NCBI GenBank assembly: GCA_964016885.1
Contig: OZ024741.1
Span: forward strand, 75,764,001-75,828,000
Length of the DNA: 64,000 nucleotides
Source: Eledone cirrhosa
Lineage: Eukaryota
Reading direction: 5' to 3'
The notes beneath the pieces were generated by a model, which was not told the origin of the DNA, did not search any database, and saw only the letters and a list, made by a program, of their open reading frames with translations. Position numbers and translations under genes: made by a program. Below are positions 29,316-46,431 of this stretch, piece by piece; within the stretch, counting starts at the first letter, position 1; every line of letters starts with the position of its first letter.

Positions 29316-31035
29316 ATTGGCAATATTATATGTCAGCTCAACGATATGGAGCAGTTAATAGTATTAGTTATACTATTTATGGTTATGTAAATACAAAACC
29401 TTAAGCAGTTGTAAGTATTTTACACACACCCTAAATAGTGGTAGGCAGTATTGTATTACTACCTTATTACCAGTAAGTTAAGTAGCTCAATGTAAAAACA
29501 TCAGATGATTTACAGAGCAGTTATATGAAATATAAGAATCAAAGAACTGTTCAAAACATTATTGTGCTTACAGCTGTTTCCTCCAAACCGAGGTTTGGAT
29601 TCTTCGGAGCAATTTATTAATGCATGGACAGTTATATGACCTCCTTTTCTGCGGCAGGTGTGACAACATCCACCCACTTGAACGGCACTACACCGCTCTA
29701 AGGGTAATTTGAGCATGAATTGATCGGTTGGATAGTGTTGTGCAGAGGAAACACCTTCCTTAGACGGATGTAAAATGATTTAATCGAGTAGCGCAGTTGA
29801 CCAGTAGGACCGGACTGCTGAGCGCAGTGGGTGAATGCATTCCAACTGCCGTGCGGGTTATACGTATATGGATGATCTGACGGTCAGAGAGGGGTCGCGT
29901 GGACTGCGGATTGACCTTTGGCCGGCCTGGGGATAATTATCTTTCGACATCAAATGTAGCAAGCGATGACCCAGATCTTACCAGAGATCATCGGGTCCTG
30001 AAGCAAGCCTGCAATCACCGCGCCTGGTCATATGAGCAGACTACAACCACAGAGATCATTAATTTAGAATCCTCGCTCATCATCTATAATTTCCATTTGT
30101 GGCACCTTAAGATGGGTTAATCCACCATAATAATAATATGATCACCTTCAGCATAACTTAATTAAACTACTCTATAGTTAATACACTTTATGCTTTAAAA
30201 ATCTCTCTTGGAAGATGCGCATCACCATAGAATTTAGGGTCTATATTGGGGACACATTTTAATGGCTAGATACAGAAACCCCAGAGTTACCTCCCCGCAT
30301 GCATTAACTCCCCTTAGCCACACGACACACTCCGGGCGGTATTCAATGGCGTTTCTAGAAACGTAACAACCTCCTGTATCGAACTAAAGAACACCAGACT
30401 ACGATCTCTAACTGGATTGCCGTGGATTATGTGAAGGGCATATAATCGAAAAATATACTCCCCTGACCATGAAAATGCCGAAGTACATGAAATACTTGAC
30501 ATCCCTGCGCTGTGCATCTCCATTACTTTATAACACTTTTAATGCTTGCACTATCTTTAATGCTTATAATATTTCTCCACACACAGACTATATCAATCAT
30601 ATAAAGAATTTGCCACCAGATCTACCAACCTAACACTCTTATTTACCTACCTAAGTGCCTCTACCACACATATCTCTCTGCCACACTATATAAACAAGAC
30701 GCACATGCGTGCCACACATATAACATTTTCACTATATAACCGCTTATCTTTATGTTGTATTTTAACCTATATCTTTGATTTTTGATTGTACCTATTAATA
30801 TAAATGTAATCTCGAAGTGTGTACTGCCACTCTAAATTCTGTAATGAATGTTGACCCACAATGTTTTGAATATGTATCAATGTTTGAATATGTATTGGTA
30901 TGTCTCTCGGCTGAAAAGGAGGTCATATAACTGTCCATGCATTAATAAATTGCTCCGAAGAATCCAAACCTCGGTTTGGAGGAAACAGCTGTAAGCACAA
31001 TAATGTTTTGAACAGTTCTTTGATTCTTATATTTC

Positions 31036-32445
<1,410 letters not shown>

Positions 32446-32459
32446 ATATAAAATATGTA

Positions 32460-35400
32460 ATATTTCGTTTCTGAATTTGTTTAGCAAGATTCTTTATCTG
32501 AAATCGTGTGTTGAAACCGATATTGTTATACTTTGGGAGGGTCATGTTGCCAATAAGAAACACACGCACCAGTTGCTTTCACTTCAATTTATTATATATT
32601 TATAAATTTATAAATTTACAAATCTACAAACTTATAAATTTCTGGTTGGTTGGTTGGTTCCACAACCAGATAGTTGTTTATATATAGTCATAGTCCTTTT
32701 GTCACACACTCTGTGACCTCTTCAGTGACTGGGGATCCCTTTCTTTGTTTCTGTGCCTTTCCTTTCATCTGTCCTACGCCATTTTGTTTCTGTGTGTGTT
32801 GTGTGCTCAGTTTGCGCATGCGCCACATCCGGGTGTCTGTGTGTGTTTGTGTGTGTTTGTGTTCATTTATCTATTTGTTTATTTATTTACATGTTTTTGG
32901 TTGGTTGTTTGTTCTATGTGTGTGTGTGTTTTCATTTTGTCCTTAATTGTTAGTTGTGATGTTGCTGTTCCACTCATATTTTCTATTTAATTTTGGTTGT
33001 AATTCTTTTATGCTTACTGCCTCTGTAATTTGCATAAATATTGCATCTTTTCTGTGTGTGGATTCTATTTTTATTTCTATGTTCTCTAATTTACCCCTGT
33101 GTTCTATCTTAGCATGTTGGTAGAGCACAGATGATTCTTTATTATCTTGAAGGTCTCGCCAGTGTTCATTTATTCGTTCACCTATACTACGAGCTGTCTC
33201 ACCTATGTACACTATATTTTTGTTTCTACATTGTCCTTCAGTACATCTTATGCTATACACTACATTTCTGGTTTTACAGTTAATATGGGGGCTTATTTTA
33301 CAGGTTATACATTTCTTATCTATACATGAGGGTCTTTGGAACGGGTATGTCTTGCTAATAAGTGTTTTTACGGAGGTACCTGGTCTTTCTACTATCTTAA
33401 TATTGAGTTTATGTTTATTTAGGGCCCTTCTAAATTTGTAGGCTAGTTCGCCTCTAGGGGTTGTATTGATGAACATTACACTCTGGTATTTATTGCTATC
33501 ATACCATGAGTTTATTCTATTGGCCTTGTTCCTAGTTCTTTCTATTCTATTCCAAAATTTGCTCCTATACAAGGGACAGGTCCCATTTATGTCATTATTT
33601 ACCATTTTTTCCCATTTGGTTCTGGCTCCTCTATACACTCTGATTCTATCTCTCTGATTGTAGCCAGAGAACTGCATACGGTGGATGAAGTGTTGTATGT
33701 GTCTCTCTAGTTCTTCGGGGTTGCACATGCGGGACACATTTCTCATCACCCGTACCAAATCCGCAATCAGTATGTTGATTTTGGTATGGTCCGAAATGGC
33801 CGAGTTTCGGTGGATCAGATGTTTGGAAGTCATGGGTTTGGCATAATGGGAATGGAGGATTTGTTTTTGGTTGTTAATGGTCTCTAACCAGTGCTCTGTG
33901 TCTAGTACAGGTAATCGATGGTTGGGGTGTCTACTTGGGTAGTCTAACTAGTAACTCTAATGCTCTGGTGGATGGAGTTTGCTATTTGCTGGATGCTTTC
34001 CATTGTGTTTTTCTCTAGTTCCTGACTGTTCTTTAGTGGGGGTGTCTTAACTACGATGTTTATATCATCTACGTAGCGGGAGTACATTATCAGGGTTAAG
34101 CTGTCTTCTAATTGTTCTTTAAGTTTTTGTTTAAGTCTACTGTCCCACCATACCATGAATAAGTTAGCTATGTCGCCTGCAATGCTAACACCAATGGCTG
34201 CTCCTTCCTCTTGGGCATATGTTTTACCATTAAATTTGAACATATGTTCCTTAAGGGTTAATTTTATGCTGGCCCCTACCGCATGTGCAATCATTTTCTT
34301 CAGTTCATCGTGGTTTTCGGGTGTCCGTATGGCTCTGGTCCACCCGTTCCATCTATCTGTGTGGGTTTTCTTGGCCATTGAGGTAATGGTAGGTGGTCTA
34401 CCTCTTGCTGGTGTTGTAGGGCACAGGTTGCTAAGGTCATAAGTGTCTAGGTAACTATTACTATGGGTAAGCTTAAGTAGAAGTCCCAGCTCACTGGTAT
34501 CAATCCCACGGAACTCAACCTTGTTCTTGCTGATCATTTCTACGCATTTCTCCACAGCAAAATCTACGTCAATAGATGGATACAGGGACACAACATCCAT
34601 ACTGCCTATTATGCAGTTTGTTAGGTCCCCAGATCGGTTACTCGCGCCGATTCTGCTGAGGAGGTCCTCCGTGCTGTCACATACATCTGGGGACATCTCA
34701 ATGATGGGGCGTATGATCAGGGAGAGGAAGTAGGACAGTCTGTAGTTACTAGCAATGTTAGCTCCACAGACTGGCCGTGTTGGTGGTCCCGCGACAGGGT
34801 CACAGCCCGTTTTATAGTCTTTTCGAAGCCCATACAACGCCAGCACGTCATTGTTCCAGGCCTGGAAGTTGTTGGCAGTCCTTTTGTTCGGCTGCATTAT
34901 ATTCGTCCACATCACCATATGGGCATTGAGGGATTTTTCTCTATCCTCATGCTCCTGTAGTGTTACTTCTCTTGTGTTAGTGATGTGGGTTGCATTGCCT
35001 GGATGTAGTTTGGCAGGCTGTCAACCGACATTCTGCCAGACTTGTCTGTTGGAAAGCATGCTATCTCTCCATTACGCGAGCGCTGCATGAGCTTACGCAA
35101 GCCATTTGCAGATTTTTCTCCCAGTTGCTGGGCCTCTATTCTATTATGCTTCTTGCTATACTGTTCTATAATATTTCTAAGTTCGGATTTAGCTATACTA
35201 AATTGTGCTTCTGTTTGTTCATCGACCTGCGACGGCAACTGCGTGCGTTTGTTAAATGGTAAAGTCGTGGCGTGGACTCGTCGCAGGTCGAATGATTTAT
35301 CGGAGGGATTATAAAACGGAGAGTTCCAGGTTGCTGCTTTATGTGTTCTAGTGCTATTGTTATTGTTAGTTGTGTTGTTTCTATTTCTATTTCCACCGAC

Positions 35401-36870
35401 AGCCTCGTGGTTGTTTCTATGTCTCTCATAATTACTCCTGTCTCTTTCCACTGGCTCAATGTTGTTATCTACCCTATTTTGTGTGTCTGTGTGTTCGTCT
35501 TGGTTATTCTCTTTGTCCTTAGTCTCCCATCTCCTTTTCCTTTTAATCTTAATACTTTCCCTTATTTCTCTGATTTCTGTGCTACTGTCATTACTTGTTT
35601 TCTGTGTCTGTGTGTTTGTTAAGATCGTGGTGGTGGTGAGAGGCATTGAATGCGTGTGTGTTGTTGTTGTTGATGTGTGTTGTTGTTGTCTCCGTGTGTG
35701 TTATCGTTGTTGTGTGTTTTGTTATTGTTGTTTGTGTCTGCGTGTCTGTTGTTGTTGTTTCTGGGTATGTTGCTATTGTTGTTGTTGTTGATGTGTGTGT
35801 TGTTGTTATTGTTGTTTGTGTCTGTGTGTCTGTTGTTGTTGGGATGTGTGTTGTATATGTGTGTGCGTATATTGTTGCTTTTGTTTTTGATGCTCCAGCG
35901 TAGTTTTGTAAATGATTTTTCTATTTCTGACAGACAACTAATCATATTTACCTTCTTGAATGTCGCAAATTTGGGCGGCAGACATAACACAGACATTTCA
36001 TCATTATCTATTTTTGCGTTCCCATAAATGTTGGTGTTTTTGTTGTTGAACTCTTCTGATAATGAGGTGTCGGCCATGTTGATACCGTCAATTTTGCGGG
36101 ATATCTATTGGTATACTCTATAGTATCCTGATTTAGCTTTGCCTGTTTAAGCCACTTTAGTTTCCTGTTAAAGTACTTATCACATTCTTGAGTAATGTAC
36201 TGTTCTTCGGGGCGTATAAGGCTTATAAATATTAGTTTCTCTGTTGGTGTGGTGATTCTAGCTAATTCTTGTATTAGGTTACGCTTTTGTTTTTCTTGAT
36301 GACTTAATTCTCTATAGATCTTCTTTTTTATGTTTAGAATTAAAGTTCGTTTTAGCCTATCTGCTTGTTTTTTGGTGAGTTGTAATCTTCTAACGTCGGT
36401 ATTGATGGTGTTGGTGTAGATTCTGGAAGTGGCGCACAGCTTTATGAAGGATAGTTGTCGAGATGTTATGGTTTTTCGTAGACAACAGAACATGGTGGTT
36501 TTCAGTATCTTGTTAGCCTGGCTAAGGCTTACGATATTTCGTTTCTGAATTTGTTTATCAAGATTCTTTATCTGAAATCGTGTGTTGAAACCGATTTTGT
36601 TATACTTTGGGAGGGTCATGTTTCCAATAAGAAACACACGCACCAGTTGCTTTCACTTCAATTTATTATATATTTATAAATTTATAAATTTACAAATCTA
36701 CAAACTTATAAATTTCTGGTTGGTTGGTTGGAACCAACCAACCAACCAGAAATTTATAAGTTTGTAGATTTGTAAATTTATAAATTTATAAATATATAAT
36801 AAATTGAAGTGAAAGCAACTGGTGCGTGTGTTTCTTATTGGCAACATGACCCTCCCAAAGTATAACAATA
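32460..36870 (-). mobile_element. Penelope-like element of a second lineage, frameshifted, with terminal direct repeat and 5' inverted copy
   Basis: ORF pieces 36008-36643, 35619-36077, 34963-35646 (PTDKSG), 33944-34918 (SMDVVSLYPSI, GAAIG, RYVDD), 32943-33833 (VVY...YIGET); 32460-32657 is near-identical to 36534-36730; 36732-36870 is inverted. Confidence 0.9.
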
Positions 36871-36909
36871 TATATGTATATATTGTTATACTTTGGGAGG
36901 GTCATGTAT

Positions 36910-37245
36910 ATATGGTTTAAAACCAGATTTTACTCACATGTCGCTTCTTTTAAGCACTCCGATAAACGAACATCAACGGCCCTCGCAAGTAAGGTGTGGG
37001 AACTCAAGGATAGTAACATCCCGTACTCTATTGATTGGTCTATATTAGACCATTCGAGGGAGTACCAAAGGGGTACAAAGAATTGTTCTTCGTGTACCAC
37101 AGAAAAGTATAGGATTTTGCTAAACTTGAGAGACACTTCCGCTTGCCTTAATTCAAAGACTGAGATCTTCAGATGCTGTCCTCATCTGAGACCGCACCTG
37201 ATCTGTAACTGGATTGACACTCCTATGAGAAATCAACCGCCTTGA
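36910..37245 (+). mobile_element. PLE GIY-YIG C-terminal fragment
   Basis: FKTRFYSHVASF...STALAS...CSSCTTEK...LNSKTEIFRCCPH. Confidence 0.85.
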
Positions 37246-37429
37246 ACTCCTCTCCCGCTCTTTACTTCTGCTACGGTTTTTATTTTACTGTTTCTACGTT
37301 CTGTACTCTTGTATACTTACATTTATTATATATTTTTTTCTCCCTTACCTCCCCTTATATTTTACCTTCTCCTATGCCCCCCCCCCCCCCCCACATATAT
37401 TCTTTTTGCCTTGCCCTCCACATACCTAT

Positions 37430-38930
<1,501 letters not shown>

Positions 38931-39285
38931 TATATGTTTGTTCTTAGAGGAACAAAGGCAGACAGATTTCTGTATTCAGATTGGAGCCAATCCTTATCAT
39001 TAGCTTACAGGTGTCTGTAAGATCAGTATGGGGTCAGTCATGGTAGATAGTTTTGGAGGAAGGGGAGATTCCTTAAAAGCTAAATTCTTAAAGGTTCTAG
39101 TAAATTGACGAAGGTTTAGGGAATTCTGTAGACAATTTCTAAGTATAATCTATACAACTGTAGCCATAAATTCATGAGACACTTTCAACAGAACATACCC
39201 TGCGCGTATGCGCGCATGCACGCACACACATGTGTATGGGGGAAATATATTTATATTTGTATACGCGTGCGTGCGCGCATACACA

Positions 39286-39373
<88 letters not shown>

Positions 39374-39654
39374 GTATACATACACAGATTCTCATCTGTA
39401 TTATAACCTTCATGCTCTGCGGTGTACTGAGTGCCTTGCTTACTGTGGCTGCCTCCGATTCAACCCGAAATAACGTGTGTGTGTATGCGCGTGTGTGTGT
39501 GTGTGTGTGTGTGTGTTTTCGTGTATGTGTGGTTGTATGGGTAGTCTTATTTTATTTTTATTTTTCCTTTCCTTCTTCCTTCTCCAGCCTCACTTTCATA
39601 TAGCTTGCTTTTTTTGTTTTTAAGATCCAAATTCAATAAACAAACCAGGATTTT

Positions 39655-39712
39655 TTCATTCTGAGGATTGAAAGCAAAACCTTTTGCTTTTAAGAAACCA
39701 CTGGTAAATGGA
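39655..39712 (+). ncRNA. Minimal type I hammerhead ribozyme
   Basis: ttcatt-CTGAGGA-ttgaaagcaaaa(cc)ttttgcttttaa-GAAA-CCACTGG-TA-aatgga. Confidence 0.78.
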
Positions 39713-39844
39713 ATAATTGCCTTATGTTGTTTATTACATAACTATATATATATATATATATATAGTTTTTGTGTTGTTGTGGTAGTTGTTGCGGTTTTAT
39801 TATTGTTGTGTCTATTTATCTCTTTTGTGTTATATATATATATA

Positions 39845-40338
<494 letters not shown>

Positions 40339-40349
40339 ATATATGTATA

Positions 40350-40385
<36 letters not shown>

Positions 40386-40645
40386 TGTATGTATGTATGT
40401 ATGTATGTATGTGTGTGTGTGTGTGTGTGTGTGTATCTATGTATGTATGTGTTTATGTATGTATATATGTGTGTTTGTGTGTGTATCTATGTATGTATGT
40501 GTTTATGTATGTATATTTGTGTGTGTGTGTGTATGTATCTATGTATGTATGTGTTTATGTATGTATATATGTGTGTTTGTGTGTGTGTATGTGTGTGTAT
40601 GTATGTATATGTGTATATGTATATATATGTATGTATATGTATATA

Positions 40646-40695
<50 letters not shown>

Positions 40696-40711
40696 TGTGT
40701 GTGTATATATG

Positions 40712-42478
40712 TATAACTTTGATAAATTTAATAGATTTCGGCCAGTATTGGCCCAGGCCATGTCTAACTTAATAGCACCACCTGGCGAAGTCTTACAAAT
40801 CAGTGTTTGGGCACCATGGCCCACTCGAGCAGAGAGATATTGTTTACGGAGGCATATCCGGGTGTAGGAGGCTTATCCGGGATTTCTTGAAGGAATTTAT
40901 CCAAAGACTTCTAGAACTTGATGGGGTCTGTCTCTGCTTTGATGTGTTTTGGTGTAATGTTAAAGAGTGCAGAGCCAATTGAGGTGAAATAATTGTGCCG
41001 TATTGTTGTTATGTGATGCGAGTGGGATTTTTGTCCTGGGCGGATAGTACGGGGCCCAAGCCTTGGGTGTAGACTAAAGGTGATGCCAACATCAGTTGGG
41101 CTAAGCTGATGGAATATTTTCCACATCATACAGATAATATAGCGCTCACGGCGACGTTGAAGAGAATAAAGTTTGAGCTTTTCTAATCGACCCCAATAGT
41201 CAAGGCCTGTCATGCCAACTATCTTTTTTGTAATTGACCTTTGGGGTGCTTCAACTTTCTTGATACTTTGTTTCGTGTGGGGTGACCACAGTGGACAACA
41301 GTATTCAAGGTGGGGTCGGGCAAAAGTGGAGAAGAGAAGGACAACAGTGTGGATATCTCTCGACTGGAAAGTTCTGAGAATCCAAGAACACATTCTACGG
41401 ACCATATCAACTTTGCTGTATATAATAGTGGCCCAGCTTATATTGTTGTCCACAATTACTCCCAGGTCTCTGCTGTTATTGGAAGCCACCAGGGTTTCAC
41501 CCGAAGGAAGAGAGTATGGTAGTTTCAGAGCATCCTTTTTTCCAAAGTGGATTAGTTCAAATTTATCCTCATTCAACAGCATATTATTCATCTCTGCCCA
41601 TTGGATAACAGCCAGTAGGTCTGACTGCAGGCAAGTCCAGTCACCCACCTCATTGATGACCCTTTGGAGCTTGGAATCATCTGCGAAGATTCTGATGTTA
41701 CTGTGTTTGATGATGTCAGTAATGTCATTAATGTAGATGATGAAAAGAAGTGGGCCCAACACAATGCCTTGTGGGACGCCACTGCGGACTTTGGCAGGGC
41801 TTGATTTTATTCCTTCGACTGCAACATGCTGGGTTCTGCCTGTCAGGAAACATTTGATCCACTGTAGTAACCTTCCAGAGACACCAACATTGGATAGTTT
41901 TTTCAGTAGAATCTTATGATCAACCCTGTCGAAGGCCTTGCTGAAGTCAAGGTAGATGACATCAGTGTTGGAGCCCTCTCCCAAGGCTCTCAAAACATCG
42001 TCAAAGTGATGCAGGAGCTGCGTTAGGCAGTCCCTTCCATTACAGAACCCATATTGGTTGGAGTTCAGCAGGCCGTTGCTTTCAAGAAAGTGGGTTATTC
42101 GTGATCTCGCCACCCTCTCAAATACCTTGATAATATGAGAGGTGAGTGAGATCGGACGGTAGTTCACTGCAAGTGACTTATTTCCCTTTTTGAAGACTGG
42201 GACAACAGACTGGGACAGAAAGTTTTCAGGAATATAGCCAGTGTCCAGTGAGTTCCTCCACAGATTAGCAAGAGGAGTTGCAAGTTGGTGTCGACACACC
42301 TTCAGGACACAAGCAGGAACCTGTCGGGGCCTACTGCTGAATTGTGTTTAATTTTGTTTATTGCCGCTAAGACATCAGGGGCGCCAAATGTTATGTCTGA
42401 TGTAGTGTGTTGGGGGTTAATATCACTGATACGGCCCAGATCGGCCATATCAGGGTTGCTGAAAACAGAGCATATTGT

Positions 42479-42484
<6 letters not shown>
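40712..42484 (-). mobile_element. CR1-group LINE, 5'-truncated (RT + 3' UTR)
   Basis: ORF 40911-42299: NYRPISLTS, YLDFSKAFDRV, GVPQG, FADD, DLGV, RPHLEY, SLQRRRER. Confidence 0.92.
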
Positions 42485-42508
<24 letters not shown>

Positions 42509-42509
<1 letters not shown>

Positions 42510-43857
42510 AAAACAAATAACGAAACGAAATTAAATTTCGTTTCGTTTGTAACTCACTTTTGTATGACTGACGCTTAAACAATTAAGTTAAAGATGTACA
42601 TCCATATATGTATACTGAAATACTAGTATGTATATGAATACACACACGTATACATATGTAGATGTACCAAGTTTTTTCACTGGTCATTTTACTGTGAGTG
42701 GCCAGCTATTCTGTATGTAAACACACAGACAAACCGGTTTTTAGAGTCATACTGGTTTTTGAGGAAACACCTTTCCTCTATTCTCCAGAAAGCCAGACAA
42801 GGAATATTGAACTAGTTTCGTTGTTGTTACAACTCATCAGCAATATTTACCTATCTTCCGGCCTCTCTAGAGAATCGTAAAAGCACATATCGTTATATGC
42901 TTTTTCTATGAAAATTAGTAGTGGGCAGACTAATTTGCATAGAGTGTGAGTAAGTACCGGTTCAACGGAGACGATAAAAACAAATAACGAAACGAAATTA
43001 AATTTCGTTTCGTTTGTAACTCACTTTTGTATGACTGACGCTTAAACAATTAAGTTAAAGATGTACATCCATATATGTATACTGAAATACTAGTATGTAT
43101 ATGAATACACACACGTATACATATGTAGATGTACCAATGAGTTGTAACAACAACGAAACTAGTTCAATATTCCTTGTCTGGCTTTCTGGAGAATAGAGGA
43201 AAGGTGTTTCCTCAAAAACCAGTATGACTCTAAAAACCGGTTTGTCTGTGTGTTTACATACAGAATAGCTGGCCACTCACAGTAAAATGACCAGTGAAAA
43301 AACTTGGTACATCTACATATGTATACGTGTGTGTATTCATATACATACTAGTATTTCAGTATACATATATGGATGTACATCTTTAACTTAATTGTTTAAG
43401 CGTCAGTCATACAAAAGTGAGTTACAAACGAAACGAAATTTAATTTCGTTTCGTTATTTGTTTTTATCGTCTCCGTTGAACCGGTACTTACTCACACTCT
43501 ATGCAAATTAGTCTGCCCACTACTAATTTTCATAGAAAAAGCATATAACGATATGTGCTTTTACGATTCTCTAGAGAGGCCGGAAGATAGGTAAATATTG
43601 CTGATGAGTTGTAACAACAACGAAACTAGTTCAATATTCCTTGTCTGGCTTTCTGGAGAATAGAGGAAAGGTGTTTCCTCAAAAACCAGTATGACTCTAA
43701 AAACCGGTTTGTCTGTGTGTTTACATACAGAATAGCTGGCCACTCACAGTAAAATGACCAGTGAAAAAACTTGGTACATCTACATATGTATACGTGTGTG
43801 TATTCATATACATACTAGTATTTCAGTATACATATATGGATGTACATCTTTAACTTA

Positions 43858-43862
<5 letters not shown>
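42509..43862. mobile_element. 467-bp HHR unit in two partial tandems joined as a fold-back
   Basis: Period 467 (42514/42981 and 43141/43608); inversion junction at about 43137. Confidence 0.9.
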
Positions 43863-43911
<49 letters not shown>

Positions 43912-43921
43912 TGTGTGTGTA

Positions 43922-44100
43922 TCATCATCATCATCATCATCTTCGTTTAACGTCCATTTTCCACGCTACCATGGGTTAGACGGGAGTCGCCCCACTTGAG
44001 GCAAGGCTGGTCGGGTGACCGTGTCTCGCTCATATAGGACTATCTGGCAGATTTTCTACTGCTGGATGCCCTTCTTAACACCAACCACATTTACAGTGTG
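43922..44100 (-). mobile_element. RTE 3' UTR and tail fragment
   Basis: (CAT)n plus ggatgcccttcttaacaccaaccacatttacagtgtg. Confidence 0.85.
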
Positions 44101-44382
44101 TATATATGTATATATATATGTGTGTATATGTGTATAGCTGTGTGTGTTTAGACGTGTGTGTATGTATATATGTGTGTATATATATACATATGTATATATA
44201 TATAAATATATGTGTGTGTGTGTGTGTGTGCGTGTGTGTGTGTGTGCGTCTGTGTGGGGGAGTATGCATATATGGGTATAGGAGTTTGGTTTTTGCGCGT
44301 GTGTGGGAGTAAAAATTATTTATATATACATATATGTATATGTATTTGTGTGTGTATGTATAAATATGTATGTATGTGTATA

Positions 44383-44443
<61 letters not shown>

Positions 44444-44451
44444 AAATAAAT

Positions 44452-44945
44452 AAGTCAAATGTTTAAAATTTGGCTTCGTTTATTACTGCTATATATATTT
44501 CGGTGACAGCCATCTTTGGCTGTGACCTCTTCAGGCAGTCCGAACTAGTGTGGTAGAGACGAGTACATATGTTGTTGAGGTGTTTAACTTTGTCAGTACT
44601 CTGATATGCCCAGTTCCTGGTTGGGTTGTTATTTCACTGAGGAACTGGAATCACATTGAAATAACAACCCAACCAGGAACTGGGCATATCAGAGTATTGA
44701 CAAAGTTAAACACCTCAACAACATGTGTACTCATCTCTACCACACTAATTCGGACTGCCTGAAGAGGTGACAGCCAAAGATGGCTGTCACCGAAATATAT
44801 ATAGCAGTAATAAACGAAGCCAAATTTTAAACATTTGACTTTTTATTTTATTTTACATTATTCCGGAGTAACCAAACCAACCTGCGCACTTCGTCAAGTG
44901 CTCCAATCTGCATACTGAGGTGTTGGTATACAACCAACATATACT

Positions 44946-44950
<5 letters not shown>
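44452..44950. mobile_element. Fold-back pseudo-LTR element with opposing HHRs at 44485-44539 (minus) and 44754-44808 (plus)
   Basis: Inverted arms at about 44452-44636 and 44657-44842; the plus HHR has a perfect 11-bp stem II ggtgacagcca/tggctgtcacc. Confidence 0.85.
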
Positions 44951-44988
<38 letters not shown>

Positions 44989-45149
44989 AACAAGTATGAC
45001 CCCGACGGCAGAGCTCTGTCATCGGTGTCATACTTGTTCCTATTACCCACTCTACTACCCTAAGTAGTAGGTGCGTTATGGTCCATCTGGTTCCTTACCA
45101 CATTTCCTTCGTTATATATATATATATATTTATATATATACACATACAT

Positions 45150-45690
<541 letters not shown>

Positions 45691-46431
45691 AACTCCTATC
45701 ATAGTAATTTTGATGCTGGGATGAGACGGATGTGTGTTGAGATGTTGATTTAGTTGTTGTGTGTACTCACTTGTGGGTTGTTCAGTTGTGTGGTCACTGT
45801 TGCGTAGAATGTAGGCAAAAGAAGATTAGTGTGCCTGACACAGTGTGACCAGAGAATGCAGGTGTGCAAGAGAATAAGTGTTCATTATGATGATGATGAT
45901 GAATCATTGGGTAAGTGATTTAGCCTCATCATATAGGAAATTAAATATATCAACCACATTAACACAAAGCCACCATGTTACTTCTTCTGCTTTCTCTTCC
46001 TCTTCTTCTTCTTCTTCATTTGAGCCCCTGTCACATCCCTGATACACCTTTCCAGGGAAAGCTGGTCATGCTCCACAATATATTGCCAAGTACAATTCAT
46101 CCTCATGACAAGTCACTTGCTCACTCACTGTGAAATGACCCACCCTCCCTTAGTAAGCCAAATGCTTGCTCTCTCATCTTACTCTCATCACTGCCACCCC
46201 AGGTGGCCCAAGGACAATGAATACCAAAAGGTTGTAATGAAGCAGCACTGTTAATATTATAAAACGCATCCAGTCCACCCAGTGCATTAGCAGTACTGGT
46301 GCCACAACAAAAAGTACGCAGACTAGCCTGTAAGTTGGTCATACTAGTGCCATGACTAAAGGTGGTAGTGCTGGTGCCATCAGAAAAGCTCCCAGTACAC
46401 ACTGTAATGTGATTGGTTTTAGGAAGGACAC

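Larger units (their letters stand above)
25768..31037 (-). mobile_element. Near full-length Penelope-like element (probably Naiad-type) with direct pseudo-LTRs and an inverted 5' copy
   Basis: 25768-26057 equals 29360-29649; 25931-26734 is inverted at 30235-31037; ORF lies between. Confidence 0.92.

Noticed and set aside
42698-43743. Repeated 60-73 aa ORF (ASYSVCKH...)
   Set aside because: GTG-started, antisense to the HHR, inside a non-coding repeat; recurrence only reflects unit duplication
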